NCBI GenBank assembly: GCA_040904565.1
Contig: JBBDTI010000027.1
Coordinates: forward strand, 1-46,271
Direction of reading: 5' to 3'
Length of the DNA stretch: 46,271 bases
Origin: Rhodothermales bacterium
Lineage (GTDB): Bacteria; Bacteroidota; Rhodothermia; Rhodothermales; VXPQ01
Positions 1-9,714 of the stretch are shown piece by piece (positions within the stretch are counted from its first letter, which is position 1; the number at the start of each line of letters is the position of its first letter). A program made the position numbers and the translations under genes. The notes beneath the pieces are model-generated. The model was given only the letters and a program-made list of their open reading frames with translations. It searched no databases and had not been told where the DNA came from.

Positions 1-48
1 GCACAGTCGAACGCCGCGCCGCAATCCGTCCTGCAGCTCTTCCAGTAA
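1..48 (+). CDS. fliC: Flagellin, C-terminal fragment (gene begins upstream of window)
   Basis: Frame 1 reads AQSNAAPQSVLQLFQ*, matching the conserved flagellin C-terminal D0 motif (AQAN..PQ.VL.LL). Only 15 aa are visible. Confidence 0.75.
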   Translation, partial: AQSNAAPQSVLQLFQ

Positions 49-186
49 GAACGGCCCCCAAACAAACAAACGGTCCCCGGGGTGCGCGCCATCCCATGAC
101 GAACCGCTTTACATAGAGAAAGGCTCGGCCCCTACGGAACGGTTCTGGCGATCACGTATCCGGGGACCGGGCCTTTCGCCTTTACG

Positions 187-227
187 AGAAAAGCCCCGCC
201 TGCGGATTCCGCGAGCGGGGCTTTCTT
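187..227. terminator. Bidirectional intrinsic terminator between flagellin and E2 genes
   Basis: Stem aaagccccgc (190-199) / gcggggcttt (215-224) with A-rich and T-rich flanks, located between convergent genes. Confidence 0.8.
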
Positions 228-299
228 ACGATAGGGGCTACCTAGAGCTTCGTGACGTTGGTCCGCGTATGAATGTACGCGGGTTGACGTCACGAGACC

Positions 300-2210
300 C
301 TAGAGCTCGAAGTCGGCGTCGACGGACTCCAGCGCCGAAGCAAATCGCTGCAGGAAGGCGGATCCCACCGCTCCGTCGATAATCCGGTGGTCGTACGACA
401 GGGAGAGATACACCATGTGGCGTACGGCGATAATGTCGCCCAGGTCCGGGTCTTCGATCACGACGGGACGTTTTTTGATCGCGCCAACGGCGAGGATACC
501 TACCTGCGGCTGATTGATGATGGGCGTGCCCATCAGGGAGCCCAACGAGCCGATGTTTGTGATCGTAAACGTTCCCCCCTGCAGCTCATCGGGCTGCAGA
601 TGCTTGCTGCGGGCCCGCTCGGCGAGATCGGCCGCCGCATGGGCCAGTCCGGCCACGCTCTTCTGTCCGGCACTTCGGATTACGGGCGCGACGAGACCCG
701 CATTGCCGATGGCAACCGCGATCCCGATGTGCAGGTCTTTCTTGATGACGATCTCCTCCTCCATGACCGAGGCGTTGAGAATCGGATACTCGCGAAGCGC
801 ATCTACGGCAGCGTGAACGAAGAACGGCGTGTAGGTCAACTTGACACCCTCCCGTTCCTGGAACTCCTCTTTATTCGCCTCGCGGAATTTGACGAGATTC
901 GTCACGTCGGCCTCGGCGAACGACGTGACGTGTGCGGACGTCGCCTTCGAACGCACCATATGCTCGGCGATAATCTGCCGCATGCGATCCATCTTGACGA
1001 CCTCCACCCGGCCATCGTATACGTCTCCGTCGCTCAACGATTGCGCCACCGGTTCCGGAGACGCCGGCTCCTTGCGTTGTTCAGCCGGCGATGCCGACGG
1101 CGTCGACTTCCTTTCCGTCGTCGCCTTCTTATCCGTCTTCGCCTCGGCGCGATCCTCGAGGTACGCGAGGACGTCTTCCTTGGTCACACGACCGTCGCGA
1201 CCCGTTCCTTCGATGGATTCCAGCTCGTCCACCGAGAGCCCTTCCTTTTCGGCGATGGAGCGTACGAGCGGTGAGAAAAAGCGTCCGTCAGACGCCTTGC
1301 GTGGAATATCGCGCGCCGCACCGTCACTCGCGCCATCATCCTCCCCTGCGCGATCACCAGCGCCTTCACCTTCTTTGCCGGCGCCTTCCCCGTCGCCCGT
1401 TGGAGCGGAACGTTCCGCCGACTCGTCGGGCTGCTGCGGCGCCTCTTCGGGCGTATCGGTCGCGGCCTCGCCCGTCGCGATGATGGCCAGCGGCGTGCCG
1501 ACATCTACGGTCTCGTTTTCTTCGACGAGGATTTCGCTCAACACCCCGGCCGAAGGTGACGGTACCTCGGTATCCACCTTGTCCGTTCCGATTTCGAGCA
1601 GCGTTTCGTCGAGATCAACCTCGTCCCCCGGCTGCTTGTGCCACGTCAGCACGGTGCCTTCCGTGATGCTTTCGCCCATCTTGGGCATAACGACCTCTAC
1701 ACGACCGCCGCCCGTCGGCTTCACGTCCAGGTGCGGCTCGACCTCGCCGGCGTCGCCGGACATATCTTCGGACGCCTCGCCGGATGCCTCGACTGTAGCC
1801 TCGCCCGAGTCGTCGGCGCCCGCACGCTCATCGCTGGACGAATCCTCGTCTGCAACCGGCTCGGCCTCACCCTCGGATGCCTCGTCGGTTTCAGCATCGG
1901 ATCCGGATACCTCTTGAGCGTCCTCCGCGGGCGGCGCCTCATCGGAGCTCTCCCCTTCGCCGGCTTCGACCTCCGTCTCGATATAGGCGATCGTCGTGCC
2001 GACATCGACCGTCGCACCTTCTTCTACCAGAATTTCAGCGAGCACGCCCTCCGCCGGGGACGGCACGTCCGTATCGACCTTGTCGGTTCCGATCTCCAGC
2101 AAAATCTCATCCATTTCGACGGCGTCACCGGGCTCCTTGTGCCAGGAGATGACGGTTCCTTCGGTGATGCTCTCGCCCATCTTGGGCATCGTGACTTCAA
2201 TCTTGGCCAT
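300..2210 (-). CDS. sucB: 2-oxoacid dehydrogenase E2 (dihydrolipoamide acyltransferase, SucB/DlaT-like) with two lipoyl domains
   Basis: Two lipoyl domains (MPKMGESITEG...TDKV), E3-binding domain (FFSPLVRSIA...GTGRDGRVTKEDV) and catalytic SYDHRIIDG. Substrate specificity (succinyl vs acetyl vs branched-chain) cannot be determined from sequence. Confidence 0.9.
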   Translation of the reverse strand: MAKIEVTMPKMGESITEGTVISWHKEPGDAVEMDEILLEIGTDKVDTDVPSPAEGVLAEILVEEGATVDVGTTIAYIETEVEAGEGESSDEAPPAEDAQEVSGSDAETDEASEGEAEPVADEDSSSDERAGADDSGEATVEASGEASEDMSGDAGEVEPHLDVKPTGGGRVEVVMPKMGESITEGTVLTWHKQPGDEVDLDETLLEIGTDKVDTEVPSPSAGVLSEILVEENETVDVGTPLAIIATGEAATDTPEEAPQQPDESAERSAPTGDGEGAGKEGEGAGDRAGEDDGASDGAARDIPRKASDGRFFSPLVRSIAEKEGLSVDELESIEGTGRDGRVTKEDVLAYLEDRAEAKTDKKATTERKSTPSASPAEQRKEPASPEPVAQSLSDGDVYDGRVEVVKMDRMRQIIAEHMVRSKATSAHVTSFAEADVTNLVKFREANKEEFQEREGVKLTYTPFFVHAAVDALREYPILNASVMEEEIVIKKDLHIGIAVAIGNAGLVAPVIRSAGQKSVAGLAHAAADLAERARSKHLQPDELQGGTFTITNIGSLGSLMGTPIINQPQVGILAVGAIKKRPVVIEDPDLGDIIAVRHMVYLSLSYDHRIIDGAVGSAFLQRFASALESVDADFEL

Positions 2211-2341
2211 GATCGCGTGTCTATCGAAAGGCGTCTTATGCGAGAAAAGAAATCAATACCGGAGCGTCGATCGGCAATATAAGCATATCGGCTGTCGCGA
2301 GACGGTTCGCGGCGGAAGCCCGTACGTGGTGAATCGGCACG

Positions 2342-2428
2342 GCGAACGGAATCGCAAGCGCACCCCGGCCGCAAACGAAATCGCAGGCCGACGCCGATCG
2401 CAAAACGAGATCGCAAGCAGCCACCGAC
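2342..2428. repeat. Three degenerate ~29-30 bp tandem units upstream of E2 gene
   Basis: Core aacgRRatcgcaRg at 2345, 2374 and 2404. Confidence 0.6.
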
Positions 2429-2526
2429 GACATCCGTGGGATCTAACTGCACAGGCCGGCAAAAGTTGGCACGGCGCAAACGGATGCTTCGCGATGAAAG
2501 TAAGCAGCCCACGATCCACATCACGC

Positions 2527-2562
2527 AAAAAAAGTCCGGCGCGAACGCACGCCGGACTTTTT
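2527..2562 (-). terminator. Intrinsic terminator downstream of hppA
   Basis: Perfect stem aaaaagtccggcg / cgccggacttttt; the A7 run gives a U-tract on the minus strand. Confidence 0.85.
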
Positions 2563-2591
2563 CCATCGGACTGAATAGTTGGACTCGTCCG

Positions 2592-4691
2592 TCAGGCGAT
2601 GAGGGGGGCGATGACGAGGGCCACGACGGCGATGAGCTTGATGAGAATGTTCAGGCTCGGTCCGCTCGTGTCTTTCAGGGGATCACCGACCGTGTCGCCG
2701 ACGACCGAGGCATTGTGCGCGTCGCTGCCCTTGCCGTGCACGACGCCGTCCACCGTGATGTCACCTTCGATGAGCTTCTTCGCGTTGTCCCACGCACCGC
2801 CGGCGTTGGACTGAAAAATGGCGAACAGGACGCCGGATACGAGGACGCCGGCGAGGAGTCCGCCGAGCATGCTCTTGTCGATGAAGCCGATCGAGACGGG
2901 AACGACAAGCGCCAACACGCCCGGAGCGACCATCTCGCGAATGGCCGCCTTTGTCGAGATGTCGACGCACCGCGTATATTCGGCCTTCGCCGTGCCCTCT
3001 CGGAGACCCGGGATCTCTCTAAACTGGCGACCTACTTCGATGATCATGTCTCCTGCCGCGCGGCCGACCGCCCCCATGACCATAGCGGAAAACACATACG
3101 GCAGCATCGCGCCGAGCAGGAGTCCAGCAAGAATGGTCGGATTTGCTACGTCGATGTTAGGCACCTGCGCCTGCTGCATGAACGCGGCAAACAGTGCCAG
3201 TCCCGTAAGCGCGGCCGAACCGATGGCGAATCCCTTCCCGATGGCGGCCGTGGTGTTGCCGACGGCGTCGAGCTTGTCGGTACGCTCGCGCACCTCTTTA
3301 GGCAGTCCTGCCATTTCGGCGATGCCGCCTGCGTTGTCGGAGATCGGTCCGTAGGCATCGACGGCGAGCTGTATGCCGGTGACGGACAGCATGCCGACCG
3401 CGGCGATGGCGATCCCGTAGAGTCCGGCAAAATGGAACGCGCCGATGATCGCCAGTGCGAGCACCACTGCAGGAAGACCCGTCGAATACATCCCCACACC
3501 GAGCCCTGCGATGATGTTGGTGGCTGCGCCCGTAATGCTCTGCTCGGCGATGCCGTTCGTCGGACGCCGGTGCGTCGACGTGTAGTATTCCGTGATCAAC
3601 CCGATGGCCGTTCCGGAGAGGAGACCGATGATCACGGCCCAGAAAACGCCGAGCGACGTGTATTCGGCGAAGGCGGCCCCGGGCGCCTCGCCCGTGACCG
3701 TCCACTCGGCGGGCAGCATGCCCGTGATGATGAAATAGGACGCCACCGCCATGATGAAGGCCGCCCCGAACTCCCCCATATTCAGTGCGGACTGGGGGTT
3801 ACCGCCTTCCTTGACCTTGACGAACATCGACCCGACAATGGATACAACGACGCCGACGCCGGCGATGACGAGCGGCAGGATGACCGCATTCATCTCGGGT
3901 ACGCCGGCGGACTGAAACGAGGCGATGAAGGCGGTGCCGAGGACCATGGTACCGATGATCGATCCGACGAAGCTCTCGAAAAGGTCGGCCCCCATGCCTG
4001 CCACGTCGCCGACGTTGTCGCCGACATTGTCCGCAATCGTGGCCGGATTTCGCGGATCGTCTTCCGGAATGCCTTCATAGACCTTCCCGGCGAGGTCGGC
4101 CCCTACGTCCGCCGCCTTCGTATAGATGCCTCCGCCGACGCGCGCGAAGAGCGCGATGGAGGATGCCCCGAGGGAGAAGCCCGAGATAACGTTGATGACC
4201 TTGATGGCGTCCCAGCCGGTGCCGGTGTAGATAATGAACAGCCCGCTGAGTCCGAGCACGCCCAGCCCCACCACACTGAGCCCCATCACGAGTCCGCCCG
4301 AAAACGCCACGTTGAGGGCGGGAGCGAGGCCGGTCCGTGCGGCGTGGGTCGTGCGGACGTTGGCGCGCGTGGCGACGGTCATGCCTATGAATCCGGCGAG
4401 CCCCGACGCAAATGCTCCTACCACGAAGGACACGGCGATCAGCCACGACGAGTTCACCTGGTTCATATTCACCACGGCCAGAATCGCCGCGACGGCCATG
4501 ACGAAGACGATCAGGACGCGATACTCGCGGCGAAGGAACGCTCTCGCACCGTCGGCGATGTGACCGGCGATCTCGATCATCTCGTCGGTTCCCGCGTCCT
4601 GCCGGTTGATCCAGCGTGTGCGCTGGAAGGCATAGGCCAGTGCGAGCAGTCCCGCTATCGGAATAAGAAGGGTTATCGTTTCAGCGGTCAT
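2592..4691 (-). CDS. hppA: Membrane-bound K+-dependent, probably Na+-translocating, pyrophosphatase
   Basis: [43 protein letters not shown] and [18 protein letters not shown] motifs; many TM helices. Confidence 0.95.
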   Translation of the reverse strand: MTAETITLLIPIAGLLALAYAFQRTRWINRQDAGTDEMIEIAGHIADGARAFLRREYRVLIVFVMAVAAILAVVNMNQVNSSWLIAVSFVVGAFASGLAGFIGMTVATRANVRTTHAARTGLAPALNVAFSGGLVMGLSVVGLGVLGLSGLFIIYTGTGWDAIKVINVISGFSLGASSIALFARVGGGIYTKAADVGADLAGKVYEGIPEDDPRNPATIADNVGDNVGDVAGMGADLFESFVGSIIGTMVLGTAFIASFQSAGVPEMNAVILPLVIAGVGVVVSIVGSMFVKVKEGGNPQSALNMGEFGAAFIMAVASYFIITGMLPAEWTVTGEAPGAAFAEYTSLGVFWAVIIGLLSGTAIGLITEYYTSTHRRPTNGIAEQSITGAATNIIAGLGVGMYSTGLPAVVLALAIIGAFHFAGLYGIAIAAVGMLSVTGIQLAVDAYGPISDNAGGIAEMAGLPKEVRERTDKLDAVGNTTAAIGKGFAIGSAALTGLALFAAFMQQAQVPNIDVANPTILAGLLLGAMLPYVFSAMVMGAVGRAAGDMIIEVGRQFREIPGLREGTAKAEYTRCVDISTKAAIREMVAPGVLALVVPVSIGFIDKSMLGGLLAGVLVSGVLFAIFQSNAGGAWDNAKKLIEGDITVDGVVHGKGSDAHNASVVGDTVGDPLKDTSGPSLNILIKLIAVVALVIAPLIA

Positions 4692-4822
4692 TGACTCGGG
4701 TGTCCCTCTATTGATTTAATTGAAATCTGCTAACGATTGGCGTCCGCCCGCAATCTTTCGTTCCGCACCGGCATATCGACTGTGCTTCCCGGTATCGCGT
4801 GGAGCCGGAAGATCACGCACGG

Positions 4823-5392
4823 TCAGTTGAATCGATTCATGGCCGCGGTGACGCCCTCGCAAACGAACGTTTCGGCAGCGTCTCTCGCCCGTAGAACGAC
4901 TTCATCCATCACGGCGCGTTCGTCTGCATCGAAGGGTGAAAGAACGTAATCGACCTGTCCGCCGCGCGCAAAATCACTCCCCACGCCGCATCGCAGCCGC
5001 GGAAAGTCGTCATGCCCGAGGCGGTCGATGATGTCCTGCACGCCGTTGTGTCCTCCCGCACTACCCGACGGGCGAATACGAATCCGGCCGACCTCCAGGT
5101 TGATATCGTCGACGACAACCAGCATTTCGTGCGGTTCGATGCGATGCACGCCAAGGAGGGTTCGTACGGCTTTCCCGCTTCGGTTCATGTACGTAAGCGG
5201 CTTCGCGACGCCGAACGGATAACTCCGCACGCGACCGAAGCCTATCAGCACGTCGCCGCGCCCATGCTCGAGTACGATCCCGGAGTGTTCGGCCACCGCA
5301 TCAGCTACTTCAAATCCGATGTTGTGGCGCGTCCCCTCGTATTTCGGTCCGGGATTTCCCAGTCCGACGATAAGACGCTTCGACTTCGACAT
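4823..5392 (-). CDS. pth: Peptidyl-tRNA hydrolase
   Basis: LIVGLGNPG..Y..TRHNIGF, KPLTYMNRSG, GSAGGHNG. Confidence 0.97.
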   Translation of the reverse strand: MSKSKRLIVGLGNPGPKYEGTRHNIGFEVADAVAEHSGIVLEHGRGDVLIGFGRVRSYPFGVAKPLTYMNRSGKAVRTLLGVHRIEPHEMLVVVDDINLEVGRIRIRPSGSAGGHNGVQDIIDRLGHDDFPRLRCGVGSDFARGGQVDYVLSPFDADERAVMDEVVLRARDAAETFVCEGVTAAMNRFN

Positions 5393-5440
5393 GATGGACG
5401 GACGTCGGGGGAACGACGATCGGAGAGTCCTGGGACGAGC

Positions 5441-6121
5441 TTATTCCTCGTCCTCCTCTTCGGCCTCTCCGGCCTCCTCGCCGGCTTCTCCTTCTTCGGC
5501 ATCTTCCGGAAGAATCGGACGGCCTTCTTCGTCGAGTTCGACTTCGAGCTCTTCCTCTTCCTCCTCGACCTCTTCGATAGCCCGCGGGGCGACGACCGTC
5601 ACGACGGTCTGCTCGGGGCGTCCGAGAATCTCGGCACCTTCTACCTCGAGATCTTCGATGTGGATGGCATCACCTATATTGAGTCCGGCGATATCGACCT
5701 CGATGTGGGCCGGAATGTCTTGCGGCAGGCATCGAACCTCTATCTCGTGCAGGATTACCTGGGTGTTGCCCCCTTCCTTCTGTCCGATCGGCGTCCCGTG
5801 ATAACGAACCGGTACGACGAGATTGACCATCTCCCCGGCCTCCAGCACGAGAAAATCGGCATGGATAGGCCGATCCGTGACGGGATGCAGGTCGGCATCC
5901 TTCAGGATGCAGCTGAATTCTTTGCCGTCCAGCTTCACGTTCACGACATGCGTTTCCGTCGTGTAGATGAGCTGCTTGAGCGACGCCTCCGGTATCTGGA
6001 AACTGACCGAGTCGGTATGGTGTCCGTACAACACGCACGGAACGTTGCCTTCGCGGCGAACGGCACGTGTTGCCTTCTTACCGACATCTCGGTCCTGCGC
6101 TTCGAGCGTAATGGCCTCCAT
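5441..6121 (-). CDS. rplY: 50S ribosomal protein L25 / general stress protein Ctc
   Basis: RREGNVPCVLYG and HPVTDRPIHADF motifs, TL5-type C-terminal domain and acidic tail. Start placed at MEAITL (ATG 6121). Confidence 0.95.
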   Translation of the reverse strand: MEAITLEAQDRDVGKKATRAVRREGNVPCVLYGHHTDSVSFQIPEASLKQLIYTTETHVVNVKLDGKEFSCILKDADLHPVTDRPIHADFLVLEAGEMVNLVVPVRYHGTPIGQKEGGNTQVILHEIEVRCLPQDIPAHIEVDIAGLNIGDAIHIEDLEVEGAEILGRPEQTVVTVVAPRAIEEVEEEEEELEVELDEEGRPILPEDAEEGEAGEEAGEAEEEDEE

Positions 6122-6192
6122 GGTATCGTACCTTCTGCCTTTTGCTTTTGAATGTCGTAAACAATCTGTGCGTTCGGATAACGCCGTCCGGG

Positions 6193-7140
6193 TCAATCGA
6201 CGAAAAGCGTCGAAACCGATTCATCCGTATAAATGCGTCGGATGGCATCGGAGAACAGCTCCGCGACACTAATCACGTCGATTCCGTCGGATGGACGCCG
6301 GAGCGGGATCGTGTCGGTCACGACCATTCTGCCGATAGCCGAGCTTTCGATCCGATCGTAGGCCGGGCCGGAAAGCAACGGATGCGTACACGCCGCCATA
6401 ATTTCCACTGCACCCTCCGCTCGTAGCGCGTTCGCGGCGTTCGTGAGCGTTCCCGCCGTATCAACCATGTCGTCAATCAGGATGACATTACGGCCCTTAA
6501 CTTCACCGATGATATTCATTACCTCCGCCTCATTCTGGCGCGGGCGTCGCTTGTCGATGACCGCCAGATCAGCGTGAAGCCGCTTGGCATACGCGCGCGC
6601 CATCTTGAGCGAACCTACGTCTGGTGCCACGACGACGGCGTTCCCCAGGTCGAGATTCTTAAAATAGTCGATAAAAACAGCGGATCCGTACAAATGATCC
6701 ACCGGAACATCGAAGAACCCCTGAATCTGCGGCGCATGCAGGTCCATCGTAAGGATGCGGTCCACGCCCGCCGTCGTCAGCATATCCGCCATCAGCTTCG
6801 CGGCGATCGACACGCGGGGCTGGTCCTTGCGGTCCTGCCTGGCGTAGCCGAAGTATGGAACTACGGCGGTTATCCTCTCCGCCGACGCGCGTTTTGCGGC
6901 GTCGATGAGGAGCAGCAGTTCCATCCAGTGGTCCGAGCTCGGATGCGTACTCTGGATAATGAAGACGTCCGAACCGCGGATCGACTCCCCGTAGCGGACG
7001 TAGATTTCGCCATCGGAAAAGTTTTTGATGGTGAGGAGGCCGAGCTCCTTTCCGTACGCCGCCGCGATCTTACGGGCCAGAGCGGGGTGTGATCGTCCGG
7101 AAAAAATGGTGATGGGGATGTCCTTAACGGCAGTACGCAT
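6193..7140 (-). CDS. prs: Ribose-phosphate pyrophosphokinase
   Basis: FSDGEI, PYFGYARQDRK, MDLHAPQIQGFFD, LIDDMVDTAGT. Start placed at ATG 7140. Confidence 0.97.
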   Translation of the reverse strand: MRTAVKDIPITIFSGRSHPALARKIAAAYGKELGLLTIKNFSDGEIYVRYGESIRGSDVFIIQSTHPSSDHWMELLLLIDAAKRASAERITAVVPYFGYARQDRKDQPRVSIAAKLMADMLTTAGVDRILTMDLHAPQIQGFFDVPVDHLYGSAVFIDYFKNLDLGNAVVVAPDVGSLKMARAYAKRLHADLAVIDKRRPRQNEAEVMNIIGEVKGRNVILIDDMVDTAGTLTNAANALRAEGAVEIMAACTHPLLSGPAYDRIESSAIGRMVVTDTIPLRRPSDGIDVISVAELFSDAIRRIYTDESVSTLFVD

Positions 7141-7280
7141 GTCTGAAGATCTATTCAACAAAAAACCTGCATCGGTTCGATGCAGGATCGATGGGCACCT
7201 GTCCCTGGCGACCATTTCCTTAACGGACCTTCCGTCGTGACGGAACAGAATCGTCCGGCGGCGGACACCGTACGGTGTAG

Positions 7281-7351
7281 TTGCCCGGGGAGGATTCGAA
7301 CCTCCACCGACGGCTCCAAAGGCCGCTGTCCTGCCATTAGACGACCGGGCA
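7281..7351 (-). tRNA. tRNA-Gln (anticodon TTG)
   Basis: Reverse complement TGCCCGGTCGTCTAATGGCAGGACAGCGGCCTTTGGAGCCGTCGGTGGAGGTTCGAATCCTCCCCGGGCAA folds as a cloverleaf with T-loop GTTCGAATC and a U1-A72 pair; CCA is not encoded. The position upstream of prs is typical. Confidence 0.95.
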
Positions 7352-7411
7352 CGATAATCGACGCCGAACCCAATGGGCTCACTGAATTGCTCCGCGAGGA
7401 ATCAAAGTATG

Positions 7412-7440
7412 AAAATAGGTAGGTATGCAACCGCAATCAA
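7412..7440 (-). promoter_or_regulatory. Putative sigma70-type promoter for tRNA-Gln-prs-rplY-pth
   Basis: Minus strand TTGATT-N17-TATTTT in an AT-rich patch about 60 bp upstream of the tRNA. Confidence 0.4.
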
Positions 7441-7602
7441 CGGGGCCCCTTCCTGCGCGGTTTCTCAAACTGGCGTCCGTAGACGGTTTTGCAGACTCTT
7501 AAAGAAGCGGGAACGCGCCCACGTCGACGGATCAACACGGACGCCTTGGCGTTGCACGCGGCCTGATAGCATCCAGGCGGATAGCCGTTTAGTCTATAAC
7601 AC

Positions 7603-8355
7603 ATGAGTCAGGATAACATAATCGGTGTCATCGGGGGAATGGGTCCGTACGCCGGACTCGACCTGGTTCGCAAGATCTTCGACCGTACGGTGGGTTCGAA
7701 AGACCAGGACCATCCATCCGTCGCACTGCTCTCCTTTCCGGAGCGGATCCGCGATCGGAGCACGTTTCTGTTCGAAGGAACGGGAGAAAACCCCGGCGAC
7801 GCTATCGCCCGGATCGCGCTTCAGCTCGATCAGATAGGTGCCGTCACGGCCGGCATTCCGTGCAATACGGCGCACGCCCCGGCCATCTTCGACCTGGTTC
7901 AAGAACGCCTTCGCGACGCCGGCTCCCGGATGAAGCTCATCCACATGATCGAGGAGACGGTGGCACACATCCAGCGTGAGACCGAGGGCATCGAACGCAT
8001 CGGCATTCTCTCGACGCTCGCGGTCTACCGGCACGGACTCTACCGAAAGACGCTTGCCGCCCATGGCTTCGAACCCATTCTTCCAGACACGAACGTGCAG
8101 GAAAACATCGTGAACCGGGCGATTTTCGACCCGTCGTACGGCATCAAGGCGCAGGCCAATCCCGTCTCCGGTATCGCCCGGCAGAGCCTGATGAGCGCGA
8201 TCGAGCACCTGCACGGAAAAGGAGCGCAGGCCATCATTCTTGGATGCACGGAGCTGCCGCTGGCCATTCCGGAAGACGAAATAGATTCCGTCGTCATCAT
8301 CGATCCGACCGACGTGCTCGCCCGGGTGCTTATCCGAGAATCTAACGCCGGTTAG
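7603..8355 (+). CDS. Aspartate/glutamate racemase family amino-acid racemase
   Basis: IGVIGGMGP, DQDH, and catalytic cysteines in IPCNTAH and LGCTEL. Confidence 0.92.
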   Translation: MSQDNIIGVIGGMGPYAGLDLVRKIFDRTVGSKDQDHPSVALLSFPERIRDRSTFLFEGTGENPGDAIARIALQLDQIGAVTAGIPCNTAHAPAIFDLVQERLRDAGSRMKLIHMIEETVAHIQRETEGIERIGILSTLAVYRHGLYRKTLAAHGFEPILPDTNVQENIVNRAIFDPSYGIKAQANPVSGIARQSLMSAIEHLHGKGAQAIILGCTELPLAIPEDEIDSVVIIDPTDVLARVLIRESNAG

Positions 8356-8496
8356 AGGCCCGTTGATACATTGCGTCTCGAGGCACAGGCGGGTCGATCA
8401 CGCAGGAATGCGGCGGATCATATGCTCCCATTTCGTGTTCAGCCATTGTCCTATTTTGATCCGAACGCACCGTCCATTCACCCGGATTTCTGACGC

Positions 8497-9162
8497 ATGC
8501 TTAGCCAGGCGGTCGAAGACTACCTGAAGGCCATCTACCAGCTCCAGGAGGAGGGCGAGCCCGTCTCCACGAGCGACATCGCCCGCTCGATGGACGTGTC
8601 CTCGGCGTCCGTAACGAATATGGTCAAGCGCCTGGCGCAGCTCGGCCTGCTCGAACACGAGTCGTACCGGGGCGTGAAGCTAACCACGACGGGCGAAAAG
8701 GTGGCTCTCGAGATTATCCGCCATCACCGCCTGCTCGAACTCTACCTTCGCGAAGTGATGGGCTACTCGTGGGACAAGATCCACGAGGAGGCCGAACATC
8801 TCGAACATCACATCTCAGAAGAGTTTGAGGAAAAGCTGGACGAGCTGCTCGGTTACCCCACGCACGACCCGCATGGTGATCCGATACCGACCCGCGAGGG
8901 GGAGATTGCCGAGATTACGAATGACCCGCTGTCGGGCGTAGAGGCCGGCCATTCCGTCGTCATCCAGCGTGTATCGGACGCCGACCCGGAGATGCTGGCT
9001 TACCTCGAGGAAATCGGCCTGCTACCCGGCACGGAGCTGACCGTCGTGGAGAAGGCACCGTTTCACGGTCCCATCAAGGTCCAGCTGCAGGACGGCGAGC
9101 GCGTCGTTGGGCATCGCATCGCCTGCAACATCTTCGTCGAGAGCGATAGCCTCGTCTCATGA
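8497..9162 (+). CDS. mntR: DtxR/MntR family metal-dependent repressor with C-terminal FeoA-like domain
   Basis: EDYLKAIY, HTH, RHHRLLELYL, HEEAEHLEH, DPHGDPIP. Confidence 0.92.
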   Translation: MLSQAVEDYLKAIYQLQEEGEPVSTSDIARSMDVSSASVTNMVKRLAQLGLLEHESYRGVKLTTTGEKVALEIIRHHRLLELYLREVMGYSWDKIHEEAEHLEHHISEEFEEKLDELLGYPTHDPHGDPIPTREGEIAEITNDPLSGVEAGHSVVIQRVSDADPEMLAYLEEIGLLPGTELTVVEKAPFHGPIKVQLQDGERVVGHRIACNIFVESDSLVS

Positions 9163-9197
9163 CCCCCTTCTGAGCGCCTGCTCGAATCCGCAGCCGA

Positions 9198-9665
9198 TCA
9201 GTACGGAACACGATCGGACTGCTCGGCCCAGGCATCGAAGGCTTTGGCGGCAGACTCCGGCAGCGCACGGATCATGTCAATCCGGCGGTGCGGAATCGAT
9301 CGGGCTAGCTCCTCGTAGATATGCCGATCGTCGAACCCGGCGTCTCTGGCGTCATCCCGCGTCGCTGCATAGTACACACGGTCGATGCGCGCCCAGTAGA
9401 TGGCCCCGAGACACATCGGGCACGGCTCGCACGTCGTGTACAGCTCGCATCCGTTTAACCGGTACGACTGGAGCTCCGCGCAGGCCGAGCGAATGGCGTT
9501 GATTTCTGCATGCGCGGTAGGGTCGTTGCTGGACGTGACGCAGTTGGTCCCTTCTCCGACGATGCGGCCATCCTGAACGACCAGCGCCGCAAACGGGCCA
9601 CCTTTTCCCGACCGGACATTGCGAACGGCCAGGTCGATAGCCGCACCCATCAGATCATCGTGCAT
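9198..9665 (-). CDS. guaD: Guanine deaminase (cytidine/deoxycytidylate deaminase family)
   Basis: GGPFAA, NDPTAHAEINAIR, TCEPCPMCLGAIYWARI, AGFDD. Start placed at ATG 9665. Confidence 0.88.
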   Translation of the reverse strand: MHDDLMGAAIDLAVRNVRSGKGGPFAALVVQDGRIVGEGTNCVTSSNDPTAHAEINAIRSACAELQSYRLNGCELYTTCEPCPMCLGAIYWARIDRVYYAATRDDARDAGFDDRHIYEELARSIPHRRIDMIRALPESAAKAFDAWAEQSDRVPY

Positions 9666-9714
9666 GCTGAAAGAAGTTTTTCGGGCAATACGGAGGGGGC
9701 CGGACCGGCCCCGA

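Noticed and set aside
71-170. 6S RNA or SRP RNA
   Set aside because: Too short for 6S and lacks the central bubble; lacks the SRP domain IV motif. Kept only as an unclassified hairpin.
1490-2210. Internal DNA repeat in the E2 gene
   Set aside because: Explained by the ordinary tandem lipoyl domains.
2436-4694. 752-aa plus-strand ORF and many other long ORFs antisense to real genes (e.g. 5012-6151, 14327-15391, 30713-31915)
   Set aside because: Shadow frames typical of high-GC coding DNA. They are Arg/Asp-rich, lack motifs, and fully overlap well-supported genes.
4692-4822. Na+ or other riboswitch upstream of hppA
   Set aside because: Only small generic hairpins; no consensus I can recognise.
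7281-7351. tRNA as integration site for a genomic island
   Set aside because: Flanked by core genes; no integrase or duplicated tRNA 3' end seen.
8400-8496. MntR/DtxR autoregulatory operator
   Set aside because: The AT-rich stretch has only weak symmetry, which is not supportable.
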